Assembly: GCF_018350175.1 (NCBI RefSeq)
Contig: NC_058368.1
Span: 18,416,001 to 18,480,000 of the forward strand
Reading direction: 5' to 3'
Source of the DNA: Felis catus
Lineage: Eukaryota
Length of the DNA: 64,000 bases
The position numbers and the translations under genes are program-made. This document shows, in pieces, positions 12,303-22,009 of this stretch (the first letter of the stretch is position 1; every line of letters begins with the position of its first letter). Below the pieces are notes generated by a model. The model had not been told where the DNA came from, made no database searches, and saw only the letters and a list, made by a program, of their open reading frames with translations.

Positions 12303-13283
12303 CTATCCATGGGCACACCTGTGGAGGCTGTGTGGTGTGGACTGCAGCAGGTGCTCAGGAACTGACTTTAATGAGTGGCCAGTAGAAGCCCATAGATGCC
12401 TGTGATGCCTGTTTATAGTTTCCCCCTGAATGAAATGGGGTAGATTCTTTTTTTCTTTTTTCAAGGTTTATTTATTTTTGAGAGAGAGAGAGAGACAGAG
12501 ACAGACAGAGTGTGAGAGGGGGAGGGACAGACACATACACACACATACACACACACAGAATCCGAATCAGGCTTAGGCTCTGAGCTGTCAGCACAGAGCC
12601 CGATGCAGGGCTCAAACCCACAAACTGCAAGATCATGACCTGAGCCGAAGTCGGACACTTAACCAACTGAGCCACCCCCAGATGCCCCGAAACTGGGTAG
12701 ATTCTTGAGATAACCTTCCCTTTCAACTTTGGACATGACCTCAGGTTCTGAAGGCAGGGCAAGTTTGTGAACAGCATCTGGGGAAGTTGGGTTCATTCTG
12801 GAAGAGGCCCATGACTCCACGAGAAGACCCCAGCCTCTACTTCTGACCTGGGACCACAGAGGGAGCCTAAGAGACCCCAAAACAATGCTCACCACGTAGC
12901 CACAGATGACCTCGGGCAATTTCATGATGAAACCCTTTGCTCTCCCCGTTCTGAGCAGAACAGAAGAGGACTAGCTTTGCACGAGCCAGAGGAGTTGTCC
13001 AGGGGCATCATCACACCCCTCCCTGATATTAGCAGCACCGTTAAAACGCAGACATATGCAGACATCTCTCTGTATATATGTGTGTCCAAAGTGAACAAAG
13101 CTGTAAGATTTGGTCTCTGACTCAAGGCGATGTATTATTCACTGGAGCACAGTGTTGGTGCCTTTGATGACTGAAATACCAACTGTGACTGTGGTCAAAT
13201 TTCACCAGGACTGAGGCTTGATTTAAGGAAATCCATCTAGGGCTTGTCTGAGTAAGTCTGCATTTTCCTCCTCCATCTCAGCC
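12303..13283 (-). pseudogene. Exonic region starting AEMEEENADLLRQALDGF (coiled-coil-like), interrupted by a Can-SINE; one large exon or two exons split by a 95-nt intron (12892-12798)
   Basis: Acceptor ctttgtcttAG at 13284. With the SINE and one TSD removed, one frame runs ~241 codons with 5 stops. Donors GTG|GTGAGC (12893) and TAG|GTATGC (12303). Confidence 0.55.
12450..12688 (-). mobile_element. Can-SINE inserted in pseudogene exon
   Basis: TSD gaaatggggtagattctt (12432-12449) / gaaactgggtagattctt (12689-12706). Confidence 0.93.
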
Positions 13284-13484
13284 CTAAGACAAAGTACAAC
13301 TGAAGAGAGTTCAGCCAAAGCCCATCAGGTGAAGGGGAAACTGGTATAGAATATCTGCCGGTGGTCCAGAAAGCAGACCAGAACTCACAAGAAGATCGTA
13401 GGGAAAGTTTTTAGTTAGTCATCCTTTACGGATTGACTTAAAGAAAAATATGTGGGGGGGAGAGGTAGAAACCCTGAAGGTCTT

Positions 13485-13923
13485 ATGAGATGTAGTCCCT
13501 GCCCACCTCCCTGACTTTACCTTGCATCCCCTCCCCATGCTCAGCACACCCAACCATGCTGGCCTTTGTCCTGTGCCTTTAACTCTCCAACTCTCCTCTG
13601 CCACAGGGCCTTTGCAGTTGTCAGTCCCTTTCTAGAATGCTTTCCCCTTACCTCAACTTAACTATCCCCTTCCCAGAAAGACTTTCCTTGACCAGCTTAT
13701 ACCAAGTCACCCTCACTTCCCCGTTTGTCTCTGTTCTTTCACCCGATTCCATTTTTCCACGGCACTTCTGAAACAAGATAATCTGAAATTATCTTGTTTA
13801 CTTGTTTGTTTATTGTCTGTCTTCCCTGACCAGAACACTATCCCCATGAAAGTGGCAACTTTGTCTCGTACCCCAGTGCCTTGCACATAGAAGGCACTCA
13901 ATAAATATTAAATGAATGAATAA
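13485..13923 (+). mobile_element. L2 3' fragment
   Basis: Ends cccagtgccttgcacatagaaggcactcaataaatattaaatgaatgaat. Confidence 0.8.
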
Positions 13924-15234
13924 TACTATCACAGTCTTTTAGCATTCTTAATGGGAATGGAAACAACAAAAAAAAACCCTCCATGAATTCCAAGCATGGG
14001 GAGAAGAGGAAATAAAGCAGAAAATGGACGAATTGTTAACTGCCACATTAGCTTGAGATTGAAACAACTAGAAAAGCGAAAATCTGAATGCCTAATTATA
14101 AAATGCGAGCAAAGGCAGTTTTCAAATAGGAACAGGATTGTGTCCTCAGGAAGCAGATGGAGTATAAAATGCCAAGGAAGGCTACTTCACACCCCCTCAA
14201 GACCTGTGCCCAGTTCCTTACTGGAAGGACAACGTGAGTTTTCAGCCCTTCCCAAGAACCCTTCAACCAGAAACACTTCAAATGGGAGTACAAAAGAATC
14301 AGAGAATCCTTGCCACGTACAGAAATAAGAACATCTGTTCCCAGCATGAACCCTATTAGCTCCATCATTTGGCTTTCAAGGAAAAAAATGCACAATTATG
14401 ATACGTGGGCACGATCGGTGGCAAGGTAGGTAGCAACTGGCACTCAGAGCGGGCCGTGTGCTCAGGGCAAGCGTGGCTGCCGGGGGAGCACCGCACGCCA
14501 AGGGACACGAACACGGCAGCAGCAACGGCTGGGCTACCTCAAGTCGGCAGCCCCAGCTTCGAGAGGCAGAGGCCACTCTGGGGACTGGAAGAAAGGGAGG
14601 AGAGGGGAGAAGGAGGTGGGAGGAAAGAGGAGACGAAGCAGGGAAGGAGGAGACAAAGGAGGAAGAGGGATGGGGGGGCGGGTGCGAGAGAGTAGCCGCA
14701 TAGACCTGAGCCAAACAGGAGGGCACCGGGTGAGTCAGGGGCACAGAGGGAGAGATAGGCTCTCCCTGCCTGGCAGGGGACAGGAGTGGCAACGTCCCCA
14801 CACTAAACCAAGACGGCCCGTGGTCGGCACCGCAGCCACACCACTTCCCAGGGCTGTGGCTTCAGGCACGTCACCTGGCCATTTTGTGCCGTGGTTTTCT
14901 CGGTCGGTAAGACGTAGAAGGCATGGACCTACGGCACAGGGTCAAAGTGAGGGTAAGAGAGTTCCTGTGTGTGGAGGCCTCCGAGCAGCACCGGACGCAG
15001 AGCGAGCCCTCAGAGAAGGTCTGCTGCCATTAGCGTTAGGATTACTGTCACCATCACCAGCATTTCGTAGGACTGCACTTAGGGCACAGTGAGCTCAGTG
15101 CTGGCATTACCCCCGAGTCCCGGAGCACGTGCGTTCGGGTGAAGGGCTGGGCCTCAGCGCTGTCTCTAGAATGTGGGCTCCTCGCCAACTCAGAGGCAGG
15201 ACTCTGCTACCTCCCTAAGACCCCTCGAGCTCAC

Positions 15235-15358
15235 TGCTGCTCTGGTGAAAACAGGCCAGAAGCGGCGGAGGCTCTAACCATGTCTTGCTTTGTTATGCGG
15301 AAGGCCAGGAGCGGACTCTTTTCCTAGGCCCAGTTATTACGGACGGTGCTACGCACAC
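15235..15358 (-). pseudogene. Exon GVRSTVRNNWA*EKSPLLAFRITKQDMVRASAASGLFSPEQQ
   Basis: Acceptor ctgcttccttAG, donor CA|GTGAGC, phase 1>2 bridging its neighbours, one TAG. Confidence 0.55.
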
Positions 15359-15597
15359 CTAAGGAAGCAGGATTGCAATTGGATAGACATGGGTCCAAAT
15401 CCCAGCTCCACTCTCAAGAGCCGCGAGCTTATTACAGAGACAAATGGCCTCGTGGCTGAGCCAGTGCCCTCTGCTAGAAACCAAGCCGAAGATGCCCCTT
15501 GGACTGCATGAAGGACTAAACGGGATCGTGTAGAGACTTCACAGCGTCTGGCGCTTGGCAAACAGAAGCTCTTTGCGTAACAAAAGACAATGGGGGC

Positions 15598-15822
15598 GGG
15601 GCGCCTGGGTGGCGCAGTCGGTTAAGCGTCCGACTTCAGCCAGGTCACGATCTCGCGGTCCGTGAGTTCGAGCCCCGCGTCGGGCTCTGGGCTGATGGCT
15701 CCGAGCCTGGAGCCTGTTTCCGATTCTGTGTCTCCCTCTCTCTCCGCCCCTCCCCCGTTCATGCTCTGTCTCTCTCTGTCCCAAAAATAAATAAACGTTG
15801 AAAAAAAAAATTAAAAAAAAAA
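15598..15822 (+). mobile_element. Young felid Can-SINE (CpG-intact)
   Basis: ggggcgcctgggtggcgcagtcggttaagcgtccgacttcagccaggtcacg...; TSD aaaagacaatggggg(c/t) at 15582-15597 and 15823-15838. Confidence 0.95.
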
Positions 15823-15832
15823 AAAAGACAAT

Positions 15833-16027
15833 GGGGGTGTCCAACTTCGGCTCAGGCCATGCTCTCACGGTCCAGGAGTCTGAACCCCGTGTCGGGCTCT
15901 GTGCTGACAGCTGAGAGCCTGGAGCCTGCTTCAGGTTCTGTGTCTCCCTCTCTCTCTGCCCCTCCCCCTCTCGTGCTCTGTCTCTCTCAAAAATAAATAA
16001 ACATTTAAAAAATTAAAAAAAAAAAAA
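15833..16027 (+). mobile_element. Older Can-SINE with a head deletion, directly after the young copy
   Basis: SINE body, CT tract and poly(A); TSD aaaagacaa. Confidence 0.92.
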
Positions 16028-16370
16028 GACAACATGCTTCCTGTGGAAGCTGAGCCTTGAGGCGATGGGCAAGGAAGACGGGAAGATAAACACAGAGAGG
16101 AGACAGGGAAGTGTCCAGCAGACGGCAGACCTGGAAGCAGAGACCAGAGGTGGCGGAGAGGGGACGGAGGCCACAGGCAGTGCCAGAGCAAGGCCAGCTC
16201 CAGGGAGACCAAGAATCCCATTCACCCAAGCACCCCGAGAGCCTCTCGGAATGACAGTATGGATGCCCCTGGCAGCCAAATGGAGCTTCAATCAAAGGTT
16301 ACGTCATGTACAGAATAATCTCTGTAAGAGGCCAGGGATTTATGGACTATCTTTTAAAAGGATTCCTTAC

Positions 16371-16416
16371 CAAGTTGTTCAAGCTTTATAAGGAGTGTGT
16401 AAAGGGGACTATGTTT
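16371..16416 (-). pseudogene. Small exon KHSPLYTLLIKLEQL
   Basis: Long T-rich tract + ttAG acceptor; donor TTG|GTAAGG; 46 nt, open in the required phase. Confidence 0.6.
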
Positions 16417-16594
16417 CTAACATCCAAAACAAACAAACAAAAAACACAACACACTCTGCAGAAAGATTCATATTTTCATATTCAATGGACTCTAATAAAA
16501 CCGAGGAGTTGTTGTTTATATTGATGCGAGACCTCTCATCTTGGAAGATGCCCTCCTGATGTTTTAGCCACGTGGGTGTTGGCCTACGAAAAGC

Positions 16595-16780
16595 TGTTTA
16601 ATCTTGGGCAAGTGGCCTAACTTCTCTGAGCCTCAATTTTTGCACCTGCAAAGGAAATCTAGCAGTAGAACCTACCTCCTGGGTGGCTGTAAAAATTAAA
16701 TGAGATACTACATGTGAAGAGGTCAGCGTGATGCCTAGCACATAGAACTCCATCCATGCGAGCTAATATTATGACTGCTA
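16595..16780 (+). mobile_element. MIR
   Basis: atcttgggcaagtggcctaacttctctgagcctcaatttt...cctacctcctgggtggctgtaaaaattaaatgagat. Confidence 0.8.
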
Positions 16781-16929
16781 CTTGCATTACTGTTTGGCAA
16801 TTGGGACAGGCAGAGCGCTGCGTTGTGGCTGAAAAGGCCACACAAACCCGACTTCTGGAAATCATCCAAGGAAAGTAGTCAAAACTATCGACTCCTTCCT
16901 CTGCCTCTTGTCCTACATACACCGGTTAC

Positions 16930-17603
16930 CGAGACCTCTCAACTCCGCGTTCTAAGAACTTCGGTCCTGCACTCTGCCCTGCCCTCGTCTGGTTTTTTTT
17001 CATCTCTCACAGGATCGACCTCAAGCAGCTGCAGGGACTTCCTCACAGGGGCCTGTTACGAATCCACTCTTCCATCCCCCACGATGAAGCTGCGTGGTAG
17101 CCCATCTTTGAAGTCTTCGCTCATAATGACATTTGATTCATGCACATTGTTTCGCTCTACTGCAGAGTACGACCACATCTGCTTTCATTTAAGAAACTCT
17201 TTTAAATCGCTTACCATTTGGTTAAACTGATATTCCCGAAACTTCCCAAAGCTTCTCCAGCAGCCTCCGTACCTAGCGCGCGATAAGGGCTCGGCAAATG
17301 GCGTGGTCTTGAACCACGGGTGTAGGAAAAAAAAATGCCTAGCTAAAAAAGCTGGGAATTCGTATGCGAACGTGTCAAGAATTGGCAAATGAGGATGGTG
17401 AGGTTATGGCTGTATTTTTGTCCCAGTCTCCCAAGTATAGGGACAAATATTTTCTCTGATCTCGATCATGAAAACGTAATGCTGAGACACAAAGGTGCGT
17501 GTGTGCGACTCTTGCCTAGACACCACAGAGCGGAGGATCCCTTGGTTGCTGCCTGTGAGCACTGTTTGCAAAGCCCTTGCGGTGTTGGATCCGTGGTTCT
17601 TCC
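16930..17603 (-). pseudogene. Large exon (possibly two exons): GKNHGSNTARALQTVLTGSNQ...SQHYVFMIEIRE...LPILDTFAYE...FNQMVSDLKEFLK*...DGLPRSFIVG...VRKSLQLLE...
   Basis: Acceptor ctgttctttcccAG, donor TCG|GTAACC. A single frame of 224 codons with 4 stops (17406, 17187, 17058, 16941) joins track ORFs 17404..17640 and 17185..17388, which are in the same frame. Confidence 0.65.
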
Positions 17604-17810
17604 CTGGGAAAGAACAGGTGCCCGAAGTGCGACACATCACGTGCCACCCAAGTGTAAGGCCTCCAAGAACAATGGCCTCTCAAGTCAGAAGAAGACGCAA
17701 GCCCGCCTGCCCCAGGATACAGCAAGAGCCACACCCCACGTCCCCCACCTGAGCCGAAGGCGATGGGCGCAGGACGCGCCGTGGCCCTGGCCTGCCCGCT
17801 GGACACCTAC

Positions 17811-17984
17811 CAGAACTTGTGCTCTCCCTGGCTTCTGCCTCAGTCACCGGAAGGGAGCCCACCACGACCAACGTACTCGGCGCAATGGACTGGCTCATCA
17901 GTGATTCTCTGGCAGTTTCCAAACACAAAATAGTATTCCCAGGACTTGCGGCCAAGAAGCAGCTTATCCCGTATCCCTTCTCGG
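17811..17984 (-). pseudogene. Exon: AEKGYGISCFLAASPGNTILCLETARESLMSQSIAPSTLVVVGSLPVTEAEARESTSS, acceptor mutated
   Basis: Branch-like ctgac and pyrimidine tract, then ctgcGG where ctgcAG is expected; open frame; donor CTG|GTAGGT; phases match both neighbours. Confidence 0.65.
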
Positions 17985-18102
17985 CCGCAGGTGAGGAAAG
18001 AGAGCGTCAGGTCGGTGGGGTCCAAGGCCGCAAGCCGCGATTTATTGGCTCCTAGCGATCACGGCTTCAGCTTAGTGACATCTGTAAGCCGAACATCCTC
18101 AC

Positions 18103-18338
18103 CAAGTGTGTGTTTCATTCAACTGTTCGCCCTCCGGGTGCCGCGGGCTGGGTTGGCTTCCTGCTCGAAGCTGACAGCTCGTGCCACCTCCCCCAGCCGC
18201 CAAGAGGCCTCCGCATCAGCCACTCGCAGGCACCGGTGGCACGGCCTGATCCGCAGCTGGCTTCTGTAGCCCCTCACCAGCGGGTAACAGCGCCCCGCAA
18301 ACCTTAGTCACCGCGCCCCTCCTCAGACCCCCCACTGG
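18103..18338 (-). pseudogene. Exon: ...*LRFAGRCYPLVRGYRSQLRIRPCHRCLRVADAEASWRLGEVARAVSFEQ...*MKHTL; resembles the start of a kinesin motor
   Basis: Acceptor cttcctttAG, donor TTG|GTGAGG, three TGA stops. LRFAGRCYPL resembles V-V-VRCRPL and AVSFEQ resembles FTFDRV (by eye). Confidence 0.6.
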
Positions 18339-18482
18339 CTAAAGGAAGATGTTGTCCCTTTTCTGTGAAGCATCGATTTCCTCTTTTTTCAGTTTTGTTT
18401 CCTGCTTGCATTAAAAGCCAACAAGGCAGATGGATGAGGAAAACAGCCTGGCAGACGGAGAGGATCCATCCCGGGCGCTCAC

Positions 18483-18613
18483 TCCAGACAGCCAGCGGTG
18501 GGGCCGGGCCCCGTGCAGACAACTGTGTGGCCTCGGCCCAAGCCCCTGGCACCTGGAAGCCAGCGACGCGTGGTGCACGTGGTGAGGCCCAGGTCCCAGC
18601 TGCCAGGAGCCAT
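18483..18613 (-). pseudogene. Candidate first coding exon (MAPGSWDLGLTTCTTRRWLPGARG...)
   Basis: Kozak-context gccATGg at 18613 in CpG-rich DNA; open frame to donor GA|GTGAGC; phase 2 matches the next acceptor. Confidence 0.4.
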
Positions 18614-18769
18614 GGCTTTGAATGCAAGAGACACAAGATCCTCTGAATTCTGGTAGACCCTTTTCAGGACCGAGGACCACCGGATTCTTCTTCAGGTCTC
18701 CACAGTGAACAAAAAGAAAAGAAAAAAAAAAAAAAACAAGCAATCCAGAAAAAAAGGTTGATTTAGGGG

Positions 18770-19010
18770 GAAGGCGCTGGAGTTACGTGGGTAGACGTGG
18801 ATTTATGTTCAGTTCTTGCACTGACTAGCTGAGGCGTCCTGGGAAAGTTGCTTGACCTCTCTGAGCTTTAGTTTTCTCATCTGAAAAAAAGGAGGGATAA
18901 CTTTGCAAATCTCATAGAATTTATGATAAGAACTAAATGAGACAATTCATGTAAACTCATCATATCTGATACCTAACAGGTGCTTAATAGATGTTAGGTG
19001 TCATTAGTAT
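18770..19010 (+). mobile_element. MIR
   Basis: actgactagctgaggcgtcctgggaaagttgcttgacctctctgagctttagttttctcatctgaaaa. Confidence 0.8.
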
Positions 19011-20029
19011 TTCATCATCATTTCAACCTTTTGAGTCAAGAAATGCACAAGGACAGGCCATATTTCAGATCACTTTTGTTGCCTCCCAACTTTTGCCTTA
19101 TGCAATGACTTGCATGCAAAGAGCCCTAATCCCTTCCCCATCTTCCCTCCCCCCCTCCCAACCCAATATCCCCATCCCCACCCTTGGTTCCCACAGCTGT
19201 CTGTACTAAGCTTAGAGAACATGTATGTCCTTGTCTTTTGTTCTTCCCCAGACAGCTTCTGAAGGGCCGGGGCTGTGCTCTTCCTAGCTCAGCAGCACCT
19301 TGAATGCCCGGGATACTGCTTCCCACATACTAGGTCCTCAACACAGTGCGTGCCGAGCGAAATTCTTGCCTTCGCTCCGGCAACTCGAAATGTGACCTAT
19401 TGATTTCACAGGCTGAGATCTTTGAAGATTTTCAAAGTCTCAGAACCACTTCCCAGTCAGAGAAGTTCAAAGAATGAATTTATCGACCGGCTTATTCTGC
19501 TCTCAAAAGTCATTTACACTTCAGTCAGGAGAAGCCAGGGGAAAGGCTGTTCACTGGGGAGCTTTTGCCTCTTCACAGACTGTCTGATATTGGAGGAGAG
19601 GATCTTACCTCGGCCTGCACTCCGGAACATATGAACACCGTGAGCATAAAACTAGCCCTTCCTCTGGGCACGTGGTCTCCTCAATTCTTGCTCCCTACAG
19701 CAAGGGACCATGTGGCACCAGAACAGCAAAGCTGGCCTGCACCACTGACTTCCATGCGGAAAAGCTTAGTGGCCCATCCTGGGGCCTCAGTCTCCTTTCT
19801 ATACTGACGTTTGGAATACTGGTATACCTGGGAGCCAAAACTTGCAAAGCTTAAGCCGGTATTTCTAGGGAGGCCTCAATCCCTACACTCACTGCCTCTT
19901 TCCAGATTCTCTTTTTCCTTATGGAGCTAGTCATAATTTTAAAGTGGAATTGGTGATTCCTGAATGGTAAGTAATACTATTAATGTCAACGAATGATGGT
20001 GCAAAGTCCTAAGACCCGCACATGCATGT

Positions 20030-20047
20030 ATACGCACACGCGCGCGT

Positions 20048-20078
<31 letters not shown>
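20030..20078. repeat. (CG)/(CA)n microsatellite
   Basis: Seen directly. Confidence 0.9.
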
Positions 20079-20080
<2 letters not shown>

Positions 20081-22009
20081 AATAAGAGTTAAGGAAACCC
20101 TGTAGGCAGCACATTAATTGAGAAAGCCACATTATGTACAGGCTTTTTGAAAGAAGCCATTTACTGCACAGACCTAAAATTCCACGGCCTGTTCGGGGCT
20201 TCCAGATCGGATCCACATGACAGCACTGTTGTGCCAAACCAGCCAGAAGATAGGGAGATGAGAGAGTCATAGGTCAGAACCCATAGAGACAGAAATAGAA
20301 AACGCCAGAACGCCCACTTCTAGATTCTGATGGCACTGGTGACGGGCAGCCCACTGCAGACAGAGAAGCTGTCAATCACTTGTTGCTAAATGGGGAGGAT
20401 CCAGCTCCCCCACCTTCCAGGCCACATAAAACTCTTAATTCTTTACCAGTTTTCCTGAGATTCACATAAAAACATTATCAAGTGACGCTACAAAACTGAA
20501 TACTTGCCGATCTTACAAACAAACTAGAAACCAGCCTCAGGGCTGCTCAGAAACGAAGACATTTGGGCAAGGCCAGGAGCTGCGGACTTAAGCAGGTGTG
20601 GGTCAGACCCCAGTACTGGAAATCAACAACTTGCCCTGGGGACTCTGCACTGGGAGGGACCTAAGTTCCCAGAAAGGGCAGTGCTGCTCCAGCCGGACAG
20701 CCCAGGCACTTTGCTCTCAATTATCCACCCTATGTGTAATTTCAGGAAAACTTCTTCTGTAAATTGCAGATTTTTTGACACTTAACTCAGGAAAAATGAG
20801 TTGTCCAACAGTGATTTCATGCCCAAGTAAACCTGTCATCTTCACTCGAAGCCTTTTTCTTCCCTACTTACAGAGAAAAAGGATCCAGACATTTTCCAAG
20901 AGAAAATAAACTCCCAAAGCTGAAAGATGGGAGTTTTCAAATTGCTTAAAATGCTGAACCTAAGAAGGGGGTTCTCAAGTTGGCAAAATGCTTCCCTCCT
21001 ACATCTCTACTAAATCACCACCAACTCCAGAGGCTCTGACTCAAAGAATGTGTAAGCCTGAGCCTCATCTCATAAACACAGCATTTCCATGCCCCGTGTT
21101 CTAGATTCCTTGTTAGTGCGGTGCAACTCGGGGTCAGGGCAAATAAGGTAAGGAGACCATTCAAGTTCAACTCTGAAGCTGTTTTTTTTCTCCGCTGAAG
21201 TTTAGGTAGAGGCCAAGAGGGCCGTTTTCACTATTGTTTCAAACCAAACTGCTGACAAGTGAGAAGTATGAGCACTTGGCAGAATTTCAAACTTGAACAA
21301 TAAGCAAACGGCACAGGGAGATTGTTTTGCGTTGCTTTTCTGTAGCTCTTCTTTTTTCTACCTTGTGATATTCCATAGAGCTATGGGTACTTTGCCTGTG
21401 CCCACGCTCAGGACTTCAGTGGCCACCCTGGTGGCCCTCATAGCAGCCTGCTCAGGCGGGTTAACTTAAGGGGGTACAGAAGCACTCGATGTAGGGGAGC
21501 ACTGGCAGCCCAGGGGGCATGCCCAGGAACAGGTGTCCTCCTTCCTTCAGGGTGGGTCCACTGCTCACCCAGAACTGGAACAGATTATCGAAACTGTCAA
21601 GACAGCCAAAGATAACTGAAAATCTTGCCTCAGTGGAAAGCATCAAGCAGATTCCAGAAGAGTTATCTCCCCTCTCCTCTTTAACCCCCATGTGTCTCCC
21701 AGTGTTTCAGATTCATATGGTTTGCCTCCACCTGCATTCACTCATTCACTCGATACCACACCCTCTCCCACACCTCCCTAGTCTGTTTCCCCCATGATCC
21801 AGCTCTTTCCCAGTCCCCTCTTCTATCAAAACCCCTAGTTGTGTGTACTATTTCCTCTGAGCTCTGGCATCACTCATTTCTGTTCATGTGCCAAGACTCC
21901 TTGGGGATATATGCACTCATTGGGTTCTTTCTAGAGAAGATATATTAGCCTGAGAAGTGATTTTTTAAGTATGGAAGACCAGGAATTGGTATTTTGAGGG
22001 ACATGATTT

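Larger units (their letters stand above)
515..18613 (-). pseudogene. Multi-exon unprocessed pseudogene, putative highly divergent kinesin-motor-like protein; 3' end probably lies beyond the window start
   Basis: Manual model of 16 exons (phase in>out): 18613-18483 (ATG>2), 18338-18103 (2>1), 17984-17811 (1>1), 17603-16930 (1>0), 16416-16371 (0>1), 15358-15235 (1>2), 13283-12893 (2>0), 12797-12303 minus SINE (0>1), 11089-11053 (1>2), 9247-9190 (2>0), 9048-8832 (0>1), 6866-6756 (1>1), 2582-2470 (1>0), 1884-1771 (0>0), 1469-1177 (0>2), 719-515 (2>0). All introns are GT..AG except one GG acceptor. About 20 stops in ~1054 codons. Central exon boundaries are less certain. Confidence 0.72.
17230..18620. 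promoter_or_regulatory. CpG-rich island over the 5' end of the pseudogene
   Basis: Visibly high GC and CpG density (cgcgcg, gcggccg, ccgcgg) relative to the flanks; not computed. Confidence 0.55.

Noticed and set aside
15598..15680. tRNA gene calls at SINE heads
   Set aside because: These are tRNA-derived Can-SINE 5' regions followed by CT tracts, poly(A) and TSDs.
16455..16583. Minus-strand segment PTPTWLKHQEGIFQDERSRININNNSSVLLESIEYEN (Ig-like look), and a 12-bp direct repeat cgagacctctca at 16527 and 16930
   Set aside because: The phase does not fit the exon chain, the donor is weak and the Ig cysteine is missing. The repeat flanks no recognisable young insertion.
515..18338. In-frame TGA codons as selenocysteine or readthrough in a functional gene
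   Set aside because: TAA/TAG stops, a broken acceptor and an exonic SINE are also present; no SECIS is recognisable. Decay is the simpler explanation.
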